From a virus, in the IMG/VR virus record IMGVR_UViG_3300042453_002354, positions 32,001 to 96,000 of that record: DNA of 64,000 nucleotides; one strand, written 5' to 3'. Below the pieces are notes generated by a model, which saw only the letters and a program-made list of their open reading frames with translations, had not been told where the DNA came from and made no database searches. Below, one piece after another: positions 36,108-45,183 of the stretch. Numbering within the stretch: position 1 is the stretch's first letter; each line of letters starts with the position of its first letter. Made by a program: the position numbers and the translations under genes.

Positions 36108-37424
36108 TTACAGAGAAGTAATAGCCATCTTACGGAAGAACTCGTTAGAGTTAGCAACGATACTACCGTTACTATTACCAGCAAAGTTGCTAAATGGATG
36201 AGCAACGATACCATAACGAGTCTTGAACGCAATCTTTGGTTGGAATTGGTTCTGATCCACAGCCCTCATCATTTGGAGAGGAACATAAGGACAGTAGAAC
36301 AATCCAGCATCATAAGGATTTGCACCCTTATAACCAACAACCAAGAAGTTTGAACCTACAACATAAGGATCAATATAAACCTTGAAACGTCCATTGAGAA
36401 CACCAACAAAAGTATCACCAGTGTCATCAACGTTCAGGTTATCTTTGAGGTTTGTACCATAGTCAAGAAGTCCAGCGGACGAAAGGGCCGAAGCAACGTC
36501 CGAAGTACAAACGATCCAGTTACCACGACCACGACGAGTTCTCTTGGCAATTGTGTTTGCTTCTTTTTCAAGATGGAACATCAAACCTTTGAACTTTTCA
36601 ACTAACCAACGACCATCGGTGTCATTGTCAAGATCAATAGTTCCAGGAACTGAAGTATAAGTAGCACCAGGAACAGCCGATACGTAAATGGTACGGATGA
36701 ATTCACGGTTGATTTCAGCAAGAATTTCACCAGAAAGAATGTTTGCCAATTCGCTCTCGGCATCCAATCCATGAACCGCACGAAGATCATCCGCAAGTTC
36801 TGTGGTGTATTCAGCTTTAAGAGCACGAGTCTTAGCTTCCACTGTGAGCTTATCAATGCTGAAAGCCATTTGTGGAATTATGTTATCTTCACCCTGTGCT
36901 GTTGGCATCGCAGTACCAACATCTGCCATTGTGATGGCCAGAGGATCAAGAGTTGCATTATGTGTTCCAGTACCCGAGAAATCTGTGTCTGCTTCAAAGT
37001 GAAGTGCTTCGGAACCCCCTTGTGTACTATACTTGCTTTTAAGCGCAAATATCAGTCCTGTAGGTGCGTTCATTGGCTGAACACCAGCAACATCGAATGC
37101 CATAAGACGTGGAAGAACACGACGAACGAGAGAAATAAGAACAGGATCATAACCCTTCAAGTTAGGGTTAGCGTTTGGAAATCCACCAGTTGAGTTCACT
37201 GCTGGAGCCTCATTCAACATTCTGGCTTCATTCAATGCACCCTCGGAGGAATAACCACCGTTGACCAATTTCTTGTTTTCAATCGCTTGGTTTTCAAGAA
37301 CAACCGACATGGCCATTCTCTTGTAACGATCTTTGACAGGAATCACTCCCGATTCGTTGAGGTCGAGAACCCTCTCCCACTTTTTCATCAGCTTGGGAAT
37401 GCTGACTTGTGTACTCAAAATCAT
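36108..37424 (-). CDS. gp23: Major capsid protein (gp23)
   Basis: DPVLISLVRR, GVQPMNAPTGLIFA, RALKAEYTTELADDLRAVHGLDAE, DAGLFYCPYVPL, FQPKIAFKTRYG. Confidence 0.98.
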   Translation of the reverse strand: MILSTQVSIPKLMKKWERVLDLNESGVIPVKDRYKRMAMSVVLENQAIENKKLVNGGYSSEGALNEARMLNEAPAVNSTGGFPNANPNLKGYDPVLISLVRRVLPRLMAFDVAGVQPMNAPTGLIFALKSKYSTQGGSEALHFEADTDFSGTGTHNATLDPLAITMADVGTAMPTAQGEDNIIPQMAFSIDKLTVEAKTRALKAEYTTELADDLRAVHGLDAESELANILSGEILAEINREFIRTIYVSAVPGATYTSVPGTIDLDNDTDGRWLVEKFKGLMFHLEKEANTIAKRTRRGRGNWIVCTSDVASALSSAGLLDYGTNLKDNLNVDDTGDTFVGVLNGRFKVYIDPYVVGSNFLVVGYKGANPYDAGLFYCPYVPLQMMRAVDQNQFQPKIAFKTRYGIVAHPFSNFAGNSNGSIVANSNEFFRKMAITSL

Positions 37425-37468
37425 TTTTTCTTAACTCCTAAGTTATTTTTAAGTTAATTCATACAAAT

Positions 37469-37476
37469 TATTTATA
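37469..37476 (-). promoter_or_regulatory. Late promoter TATAAATA for gene 23
   Basis: TATTTATA about 45 nt upstream of the start. Confidence 0.8.
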
Positions 37477-38884
37477 AATTTCTTTTTTTGAAAGCATCAA
37501 TATATTGTTCGACCTCATAATTTGACTCGCCAGTTTGTTCTGTCAAGTTCATGCCACTGGTTATCATTCTTTTATTTGCAGTTTTGTTTCCACCCTTTGC
37601 AAAAAACGACTTTTTAATTGTTAGAACTTTTTCTGCAAAATCCTTTTTATTTGTAAAGGCCAAATTTTCCGTTAAGGACACTAATCTTTCGCTATCGGAA
37701 GATGTCAAACCTTCACAAGCCCTTTTGACGATTAAACTCTTTGAAGTTTCCTTTAGAGTCTTTGTCAAATGAATATTCTTTTTGGTTTGTTCATTCAGTC
37801 TATTTTCCAATTCTTTGGTTCTCTTAGTGAGACCTTTTACAAGATCTTTCTTGTTCTTTGGAACTTCAACATAATGCTTTTCAAAGAGATCTTTCATTCC
37901 GGACATAAAGTTTTCTGCTATTCTCGATTCAATTGAACGATCAACAGCTACTTTATTTTCTTTGAGCCATTCCGAAACTGCATAATCCAGATATGAAGAA
38001 AGTTTATTAACAATCCTATCTTCTTTCAACTTGCTCTGCTTTTTGTATGCAATTTTATACGCTTCTCTGATCTTTTCTCTTTCCGATGCAATTTTTTCTC
38101 TGACAACAGCTTCAAAAATTGTGGCGGTTTTTCTCTTGAATCCTTCGGAAAGTTTTTGACCCTTGAATAGAGTGTTTAGACTTTCATGCATTTCTTTCTT
38201 CTCATCTTCTTCGGAGCCATATGCTTCCTTCATTTCTTCTTCGTCTTCGTGACTAGATTCATGCATTTCTTTCTTTTCATCTTCTTCGGAGCCATATGCT
38301 TCCTTCATTTCTTCTTCGTGATCTTCTTCCTCTTCTTCTTCTTTCATTTCCTCTTCGGATTCTTCTTTTAAGGATTTGAATTTCTTATTACGCTTCTTGA
38401 TCGAGGTAAGAGCTTCGTTGACGAATTTTTCCATATCTTCTTCGTCTTCTTCCTCTTCTTCTTCTTCTTTTTCTTCTTCTTCTTTTAGTCCTGGAACTTC
38501 TGGATCGGGTAATATTTGATCACTTCCAAGATCTAAATCGGCTTCATCTCTTTCCTCTTCGCCACCAATAAGTTTTAGAAGTTCTTCATCCGGAACCTCG
38601 TCCATAAAACCCAAATCGTGTACAGGAAGTTTTTCGTTATAATCAGAATCGGAAAACTCTTCTTCTAAATCTTCTTCCTCTTCTTCGTCTTCTTCCTCTT
38701 CGGAGAGCTTATGCATCTCTTCTTCTTCATCTTCTTCTTCGGAAAGTTCATCCTTTTCCATATCTTCTTCCTCTTCCTCCATAAAAGAAGATAGTTCACC
38801 TTCAGGCACTTGTTTCTTATGGCCCAAATCATGAACTGGTAAAGAAATTGCTTCTTGTATCAGTTTGTTCAATTTGCTAGACAT
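37472..38884 (-). CDS. gp22: Prohead scaffolding protein (gp22) with long acidic N-terminal extension
   Basis: LSEGFKRKTATIFEAVV, YLDYAVSEWLKEN, AENFMSGMKDLFEKHYVEVP, KVLTIKKSFF. Confidence 0.9.
   Translation of the reverse strand: MSSKLNKLIQEAISLPVHDLGHKKQVPEGELSSFMEEEEEDMEKDELSEEEDEEEEMHKLSEEEEDEEEEEDLEEEFSDSDYNEKLPVHDLGFMDEVPDEELLKLIGGEEERDEADLDLGSDQILPDPEVPGLKEEEEKEEEEEEEDEEDMEKFVNEALTSIKKRNKKFKSLKEESEEEMKEEEEEEDHEEEMKEAYGSEEDEKKEMHESSHEDEEEMKEAYGSEEDEKKEMHESLNTLFKGQKLSEGFKRKTATIFEAVVREKIASEREKIREAYKIAYKKQSKLKEDRIVNKLSSYLDYAVSEWLKENKVAVDRSIESRIAENFMSGMKDLFEKHYVEVPKNKKDLVKGLTKRTKELENRLNEQTKKNIHLTKTLKETSKSLIVKRACEGLTSSDSERLVSLTENLAFTNKKDFAEKVLTIKKSFFAKGGNKTANKRMITSGMNLTEQTGESNYEVEQYIDAFKKRNL
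38183..38319 (-). repeat. 62-nt direct repeat, period 75 nt, in gene 22
   Basis: 38183-38244 and 38258-38319 differ at one base; both encode EEEMKEAYGSEEDEKKEMHE. Confidence 0.85.
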
Positions 38885-38936
38885 ATTCTAATCTCCTAAA
38901 CTTGGAAAATATATTCTTCATATATTTAGTAAAAAA

Positions 38937-39293
38937 TTATTCTTCACGAACTCTTAAAAATAAATCTTCTTCTAATCTAGATCCATCATCAAAATTCGCT
39001 AAGATTGTTATCTTATATTCATAATCAGATATACCACCATACAAACGAAATCTAACGATTTGGCCACAACTACAATTATCAGGATCGGTCAAAACGACAC
39101 CTGTACTAGATCTAAGAATTTGCGTTGTTGCAGCACTTTGATCATTAGGTATCTTTCTAGGCCATTTAATCGCACTAGCCGTAGCAGAAACCAAACTCAT
39201 CGAGGCAAGTGGTGTGGCATTACTAAAGTCCACATCAATGTCAAACTCTTCTGAAGGTTGTTTTTGTAAATTTAATCTTCTGTCTACTGCCAT
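38937..39293 (-). CDS. Putative fiber-adaptor structural protein
   Basis: KQPSEEFDIDVDFS..RLYGG..YKITI..DG.RLE pattern; GATAAATA late-type site upstream. Confidence 0.5.
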   Translation of the reverse strand: MAVDRRLNLQKQPSEEFDIDVDFSNATPLASMSLVSATASAIKWPRKIPNDQSAATTQILRSSTGVVLTDPDNCSCGQIVRFRLYGGISDYEYKITILANFDDGSRLEEDLFLRVREE

Positions 39294-39373
39294 ATTAGAC
39301 TCTATATTGTTTTGTTCAATTTATTATGTTAATATAAAAGAAAGTCTAGTATATTTATCACTATGGATTTTTT

Positions 39374-40363
39374 ATGAAAAAAATACTAATAATTGCTATG
39401 TTATTAATGTGCAATCTGGCATATGCAAAACCTCAGTATAGAGGATTTATGCTAGGGGATACGAGTTTACAAAGTTTATCCGATGCTAAAGCATTGGGCG
39501 TTAATATATTCAGACATCAGATTTTCGTTTCTCATATGAATGAACAAAACAAAGAATCTGTAATGAATGATGTATTCACGGTTTTAGATCCGATAGTAAA
39601 TTTTTGTTTGACTAATAATGTTAAATTGGTAATTGATCTACATCAACCGCCTGGAGGTATGAAACAAATCTCTCACAACAGATCCGATTCGGCGCATTTT
39701 TGGGACAGGAAACTTCAAAATTTAGTTATTTTCTTTTGGAAAAGAATATCAGAAAGATATAGTAATAATTCCGTATTATATGGATATGATTTATTAAATG
39801 AACCGGCATACCGATTACAACAGTGTAAACATTGCTATACGCTGAACGGATTATATCTAAAACTAAAAAAGGAAATTCGTAAATTTGACACACAAACTGA
39901 TATAATTTTAGAACCATCATTTGGCAAAAGTTCTACTTTGAAGTTTTTAAAACCATTAAAGGATGATAGAGTAATCTATAGTATACATTGGTACTCGCCA
40001 ATGAAAATAACACATCAAACACTTTTTAATTTTTCAGAACTGATTGAATATCCAAATAAAGAATACAATAAAAATGTATTAAAATCTGAAATGAGAACGG
40101 CAATAAATTTTCAGAAAAGATATAACGCCAGAATGTATATCGGCGAGTTTAGTTGTATTAGATGGGCAAAGAATTCCTCCGCAAAATTTTATATTAGGGA
40201 TGTAATATCAATCTTTGAAAAATTAGGATGGGATTGGTCTTATCACGCTTGGCGTGAATATGATGGATGGTCGCCGGAACACAATTCTGATATGAATGAT
40301 AAAAGTTGGAAATCAACAACGCCAGTATTGGAAATACTAAAAAAGCATTTTTCGCTGAACTAA
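39374..40363 (+). CDS. Secreted glycoside hydrolase family 5
   Basis: Signal peptide MKKILIIAMLLMCNLAYA; LVIDLH, YDLLNEP (acid/base), YSIHWY, YIGEFS (nucleophile), WSYHAW. Confidence 0.88.
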   Translation: MKKILIIAMLLMCNLAYAKPQYRGFMLGDTSLQSLSDAKALGVNIFRHQIFVSHMNEQNKESVMNDVFTVLDPIVNFCLTNNVKLVIDLHQPPGGMKQISHNRSDSAHFWDRKLQNLVIFFWKRISERYSNNSVLYGYDLLNEPAYRLQQCKHCYTLNGLYLKLKKEIRKFDTQTDIILEPSFGKSSTLKFLKPLKDDRVIYSIHWYSPMKITHQTLFNFSELIEYPNKEYNKNVLKSEMRTAINFQKRYNARMYIGEFSCIRWAKNSSAKFYIRDVISIFEKLGWDWSYHAWREYDGWSPEHNSDMNDKSWKSTTPVLEILKKHFSLN

Positions 40364-40367
40364 TAAA

Positions 40368-40393
40368 TCGTCCACAGAATATACTGTGGACGA
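40368..40393. terminator. Hairpin between convergent genes
   Basis: TCGTCCACAG-aatata-CTGTGGACGA perfect 10-bp stem. Confidence 0.7.
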
Positions 40394-40397
40394 AGTA

Positions 40398-40805
40398 TTA
40401 CAACTTAAATATCTTATTGCTTCCGTTGTCCCATTGTACTGTAATATCACCACCATTTGGCGTAACTGGAAGTCCTGAAGCTATGTCAATATATGCTATC
40501 AGTCTCGATGAAGCCTCTACACCAGTATCCTGCCATATTACCAAGGCCTCGGAAACATCTCCCGTAACTGAAGTGAATAGAACATCAGCAGCATCAGCAA
40601 CACCAGAAGCGGCCGTCTTCGATGATAAATTACCAGAAGATGCGATTCTAGCCGCTAAAGGAACTGAACTGTAGAATTGATCAGTGCTTAGGTTTGCGGT
40701 ATAATCATTGGTATCGACGAGAGTGACTTTTATATTATCATTCAGCCAATCTATATCACCAGTTAAAAAGGCTTCTCTACCTTTGTCGTAAAGTGCATTT
40801 GCCAT
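40398..40805 (-). CDS. Putative structural protein (ANALYDKGRE..GDIDW..D.IKV family)
   Basis: Recognisable phage structural motif set including GVADAADV.F..V.G and GLPVTPNGGDITVQWDNG; TATAAATA at 40865-40872. Confidence 0.6.
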   Translation of the reverse strand: MANALYDKGREAFLTGDIDWLNDNIKVTLVDTNDYTANLSTDQFYSSVPLAARIASSGNLSSKTAASGVADAADVLFTSVTGDVSEALVIWQDTGVEASSRLIAYIDIASGLPVTPNGGDITVQWDNGSNKIFKL

Positions 40806-40886
40806 ATTATTTAATCCTTATAGAAAATTTAATAAAAAAATTGCTCAGAGAATTTCATTCTCTATATTTATACTCAATAAAATTGA

Positions 40887-41102
40887 CTATTCCGATACCA
40901 ATTCGGCATCAACTAGAGTTTTGAATTGTTGAATGTTTACAAAAATTTTTTCTGACACTTCATTCTTAAAGTAACCTTCATTACATTCAGAACAAAAATC
41001 ACCTTCTACATTCTTAATTGTGGCAGTTTCATTTTTGTATGTATAATACAAATCTCGACAGTCACGAATTAATTCACCATTTGAACACGCAAAACATTTC
41101 AT
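40887..41102 (-). CDS. MqsA/YgiT-type zinc-ribbon protein without HTH
   Basis: MKCFAC..GELIRDCRDLYYTYKNETATIKNVEGDFCSECNEGY: CxxC..YTYK.E..I..V.G.FCxxC.E matches the MqsA antitoxin N-terminal domain. Confidence 0.75.
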   Translation of the reverse strand: MKCFACSNGELIRDCRDLYYTYKNETATIKNVEGDFCSECNEGYFKNEVSEKIFVNIQQFKTLVDAELVSE

Positions 41103-41551
41103 CTTCTGTACCTATAAACAATAAATTTGTAATTTCTCTTTTGTATTCTGACAATTTCTCTTGGTTTCACGCCATGATTTACTATCATGTGCTGACCTAT
41201 TGCTTCCTGACTCAGTATTGATGTGCCAGGTTCAATTTCCATTTGAACGGATGGAACACCAAAGAACTCCTGAGAATATATCAAATCTTTTTTACAGTCA
41301 AATAAATCATTATCGCCAAAAAAAGATTCTTCGGTTGGAATGCCAAATGCGGATATTAATTTTGGTTGTGGTATTATATCTGGGTCGCCTAGACTTTCTT
41401 CTGATTCTATTTCTAGAATTATTAGATAGGTCTCGCCACTTAAATCTAAATGTGGAAATATTGTACTATTATTAATTTCTGGAAAGACTTCAGAAACAAA
41501 CAATAGTTTAAATGAAGGTACTTGAGTTGTAGATAATATTTGTTCACTCAT
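41099..41551 (-). CDS. Acidic protein with I.S.E.FG.P-type repeats, probably structural
   Basis: IESEESLGDP, IPTEESFFGD, IYSQEFFGVP, ILSQEAIGQH; GATAAATA upstream. Confidence 0.5.
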   Translation of the reverse strand: MSEQILSTTQVPSFKLLFVSEVFPEINNSTIFPHLDLSGETYLIILEIESEESLGDPDIIPQPKLISAFGIPTEESFFGDNDLFDCKKDLIYSQEFFGVPSVQMEIEPGTSILSQEAIGQHMIVNHGVKPREIVRIQKRNYKFIVYRYRR

Positions 41552-41611
41552 CCTTCGTAATCCTCACTCAAATGCGACTTAATGATATTTATCGCATAAT
41601 ATTACATTAAA

Positions 41612-42271
41612 TTATTTTAAAGATTTTAGGAATTTTTCAAAAGCCTTTATCGCCAAATCTTCTCTAATTGATTTTTTCACTATTGGTTTTGTTATTTGTT
41701 GTTTAATTTTTTGCAATTCTCTTTCTACGATTTTGCCATTATTCCAAACCCATTCTTTTCCTTCTAGTATTCCTTCAACAAACGCATCAGGAGCACTAGG
41801 ATCTGCAACGACATCAACTGTGGCCAAATAATAATCGTCTTGAACTTCTTGTAAATTATTATCTATTTCTTTTAAACTACCCATACCACGAGAAGAGACA
41901 CCCAACTGAACTCCTTCATCAATGAAGGCTTTAACTATTTTTCCAGTTGGTGTGTCTAAAATTTTAGCTCTGCCAATAAAATTGCTACCATCTTCTCGTA
42001 TGGATGTAATCATATGAGAAACACGATCAAGATTAATCGTAGGTGTTTCAGGATGATTCAATTCGCCAAGTGCTCTGTTTTTGGATACTGCTTCTTGAAT
42101 ATATCTATTAACTTCTTTTTGAAGAACAGGATGTGGATATATCCTTCCATTCCTGTTTTCTAAATCTGCTTGGAGAAAAATACCTTCTATGAAGTAGTTT
42201 TTTCCAGGTTTATTTTCTTCCTGTAAAATTTCAACTTTTACATTTTCGTAGATTTCTCTTATGAGTTTCAT
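41612..42271 (-). CDS. gp21: Prohead protease (gp21)
   Basis: FIEGIFLQA..NRNGRIY, GELNHP, GVSSRGMGS, DVVADPSAPDAFV. Confidence 0.96.
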   Translation of the reverse strand: MKLIREIYENVKVEILQEENKPGKNYFIEGIFLQADLENRNGRIYPHPVLQKEVNRYIQEAVSKNRALGELNHPETPTINLDRVSHMITSIREDGSNFIGRAKILDTPTGKIVKAFIDEGVQLGVSSRGMGSLKEIDNNLQEVQDDYYLATVDVVADPSAPDAFVEGILEGKEWVWNNGKIVERELQKIKQQITKPIVKKSIREDLAIKAFEKFLKSLK

Positions 42272-42277
42272 TTTTCG

Positions 42278-42523
42278 TTATCCTTTGTTCACAGAAAAAT
42301 CTAAAACTTTTAGAAAATTCTGAGGGCCTCTATTTAACATTCTTTCAAATTTTTCTTTATTTGTACCAACCATATACTGATGTGCGCCTAGTATGGCACT
42401 TGCACTGAAGATATCTACTAGCATAGTAGAGCCATTTTGAAACTTAATTTTTGCTCGTTGCTTAGTACGTACAACTTCCCTGAGTTGTTCTATGACATCT
42501 AAGTTTTCATTTATTACTTTCAT
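42278..42523 (-). CDS. Small protein between portal and protease, possible prohead core protein
   Basis: 81 aa; position of T4 67/68; starts MKVINE. Confidence 0.5.
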   Translation of the reverse strand: MKVINENLDVIEQLREVVRTKQRAKIKFQNGSTMLVDIFSASAILGAHQYMVGTNKEKFERMLNRGPQNFLKVLDFSVNKG

Positions 42524-42559
42524 TTTGGTACCAAATAAAAATATTCTACAAATTATTTA

Positions 42560-44320
42560 TCAATTCAAATCTTCTTCTAATAGTATATTTAAATCAAAAA
42601 ATTCTTTGTCTTCTTTTGGCTCACCTTTGTTGATTCTTTTGTCTCGCTTAACTTCTGCCTTTTCTTCTTTGTTTTTTAAATTTTTAGTCTTTACTTCCGT
42701 TGCGCCAGTTTCTGGTGCATCAAAATTGACAGGATCTTTTTGCTTATCCAATTCCAATTCAAATTCTGCACTAGCCATATCAATGTCAGCTCTGTCTTCC
42801 GTCTTCTCAAGATATTCATCCTTTTCGGATTTAATCTGCTTATCAATATTTTTCTGCAATTCTTCCGATTGATTCAGTATCACATCTCTTACGTATTGAT
42901 GTGAAAAATATTTACCAACGTAAGGTTCTATGGATTGCAAAACATTTAATCTGGTTAAAGTTAATTCTTGATCTTTCAGTTCGCCAAAATAATTGTCCTT
43001 TGAGTAAATAAAATAAATGTAATTTTTAATTTGCTCCCATTCTTCTGGTGATATGATATTTTTTAATATTAATTGTCTTTGTAATAATTCCATAAAAAGC
43101 TGAGAGAATTGTTGTCTCAGTCTTACTATAAATTTATAAAACTTAACCTCATCTCTGGTTATTTCTGTCACTCTGCCAACATTAAAATTATTTTGGCTAT
43201 CGAGTCTTCCTATAGGAACATTTAGAGACTGATAGAATTTTCTCTGGAAATATTCAATATCTGATATTTCTCCGAGGTTTTGACCTCCAGGCAAAGTGTC
43301 AATAGAAGATCCGGTTGAACCATCTTTGACAGCTAACCAAAAATCTTCTTGCATAGAATAGAATTGTCTATCGCTTTGAACTTCACCAGTTTCGTGATTG
43401 TATATCATATTATTTCGATATGTGTTCATCATTTGCTGAACGAACTGTACCGCTTTATTATGTGGCATACCAGCGACATCTACCTTAAAAACTCTTCTTT
43501 CTGGTGCTCTAGTTATGCGATATATGACCGATGCATCTTCCATCATTTTTAATTGGTTCAAAGGTCTCATGGCTTTGTGTAAATGTGAATACACTATATT
43601 AGCATACTTGTCGACTATTCCAGAGTGACAATAGACAACCGAATCTGGTGTGATTCTATAAGTGGCATATAAATCTGGCATATTGAAGTTAAAGAATGGT
43701 ATGGTGCTAAATTGCATACCACCTCTTAATCCCATTTGATTGAATACAAAAAATTCTTCAACGTTTTTTACTAATTCAACGCCAGTTTCCGAATCCGTTT
43801 CTCTCTCTACTTGAGTTATTTTCTTCATTTGTCTAGGATCAACGTATCTCAATTCTTTGATCCCTTCTTTTTCTTTTCCTGGTATCACGAGAGCGTGATA
43901 ATATAATCTACCATCGACATACCAAGACCTAAAGATTTTATACGCATCTTCTCTGTAATTTAATAGAGATAAACATTCTTGGAATTCGGCTGAGATTTTT
44001 TTCTTGATTGATGATGGTATATCAGATTTAAGATTGAAATCTAATTCAACGCCTGGTTCTTTACCTTCTACTGAAATGGCCTCATTTACGATATCGTCTA
44101 TCGCCGCATCACATTGTGGATGTAAAGACATTTCTCTATATCTTGTGATAAGCTCAGTCTCACTTATGGCAGCATATTGTAGACTGTCTGCCGCTTGTCG
44201 CATAAATTGATCGACGACTAAAGAACCGTCTTGTAAGTTTGGATTTACAGGACTTTTCTGTAGCTTTTTCAATTCATCTTCAGTTTTACTTTTCTTTAGT
44301 TCAAATCCAAATAGTTTCAT
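42560..44320 (-). CDS. gp20: Portal protein (gp20)
   Basis: MKLFGF, WYVDGRLYYH, NQLKMMEDA.VIYRITRAPERRVF, TLPGGQNLGEI, ITRDEVKF. Confidence 0.97.
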   Translation of the reverse strand: MKLFGFELKKSKTEDELKKLQKSPVNPNLQDGSLVVDQFMRQAADSLQYAAISETELITRYREMSLHPQCDAAIDDIVNEAISVEGKEPGVELDFNLKSDIPSSIKKKISAEFQECLSLLNYREDAYKIFRSWYVDGRLYYHALVIPGKEKEGIKELRYVDPRQMKKITQVERETDSETGVELVKNVEEFFVFNQMGLRGGMQFSTIPFFNFNMPDLYATYRITPDSVVYCHSGIVDKYANIVYSHLHKAMRPLNQLKMMEDASVIYRITRAPERRVFKVDVAGMPHNKAVQFVQQMMNTYRNNMIYNHETGEVQSDRQFYSMQEDFWLAVKDGSTGSSIDTLPGGQNLGEISDIEYFQRKFYQSLNVPIGRLDSQNNFNVGRVTEITRDEVKFYKFIVRLRQQFSQLFMELLQRQLILKNIISPEEWEQIKNYIYFIYSKDNYFGELKDQELTLTRLNVLQSIEPYVGKYFSHQYVRDVILNQSEELQKNIDKQIKSEKDEYLEKTEDRADIDMASAEFELELDKQKDPVNFDAPETGATEVKTKNLKNKEEKAEVKRDKRINKGEPKEDKEFFDLNILLEEDLN

Positions 44321-44412
44321 TTTAAGTCTCTGATAAATGTAATGTATTGAAGAAAATACTATTGTATTTTATATATCTTTATCTATTTATTGTCTGTTTA
44401 AATTGAACAAAA

Positions 44413-44434
44413 AAAGGGGCCGATGGGCCCCTTT
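44413..44434 (-). terminator. Terminator after gene 19
   Basis: AAAGGGGCC/GGCCCCTTT stem with U-tract on the minus strand. Confidence 0.8.
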
Positions 44435-44460
44435 CAATATTTGTTTTAATAATAATTTTA

Positions 44461-45060
44461 TTACCTTACTATAGGTAAAGAAAATGCAGAGTCTGGAATA
44501 TTTACACCAAGTCCTGGCGAAGCAGACTGAGTAGGTACCCAATAATCGTAAGCAAGAGTTACTGTAAATTCTTGAATTGCTGTTGTGGAATCCCAGTTGA
44601 CATCAATTGGCGCAACCACTGTAGGAAAACATCCAACCAGTCTATATGCTCTGAGTGCAGAACCATCTTTACCCAATTGAGTAATAATAGCACTAGCCTT
44701 ATAGTTGTTCAGTACGCCCGCATCCTGAACCTGCGAAAGATTTGATTCGAGTCCGTTGATTCTATTGGACCACTGGAAGAACAAATCTCTGTATTTGTGG
44801 TTTTCGTCATTATATACAGTCATTGTGTAGTCTTCAAATGTTCTGTTTCCATAAACCTTAACGACTCTTCCTTGGTGTGAAACGTTTACAGTTTCTACAG
44901 TAACGCCAGGCATTTGTGCCGCTCTACAGAAATATTCAAAATCGTTACCGCCGGCGGCAGCAATTAAAAATGAAGGTACTGTCAACTGTACCTTGAAAAG
45001 ATTAGATCTGGCTCCTCCGCCTATCAATCTATTCTTAAACGCTTCTACGCTAATGGACAT
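44461..45060 (-). CDS. gp19: Tail tube protein (gp19)
   Basis: GGARSNLF, GRVVKVYGNRTFEDY..TVYND, FPT, EFTVTLAYDYW; tandem TATAAATA at 45092-45099 and 45104-45111. Confidence 0.93.
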   Translation of the reverse strand: MSISVEAFKNRLIGGGARSNLFKVQLTVPSFLIAAAGGNDFEYFCRAAQMPGVTVETVNVSHQGRVVKVYGNRTFEDYTMTVYNDENHKYRDLFFQWSNRINGLESNLSQVQDAGVLNNYKASAIITQLGKDGSALRAYRLVGCFPTVVAPIDVNWDSTTAIQEFTVTLAYDYWVPTQSASPGLGVNIPDSAFSLPIVR

Positions 45061-45148
45061 TTTTTATCTCCTTTAAAAAGTCAATTTGACTTATTTATAA
45101 CCATATTTATATGAGTGTGTTCTAAATTGTACCGTTAATATGGCTATA

Positions 45149-45172
45149 TGAGAGGGTTCCAAAACCCTCTCA
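45149..45172 (-). other. Hairpin after gene 18 (mRNA end or processing element)
   Basis: TGAGAGGGTT-ccaa-AACCCTCTCA; no clear U-tract. Confidence 0.55.
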
Positions 45173-45183
45173 AGTTTTTATTG

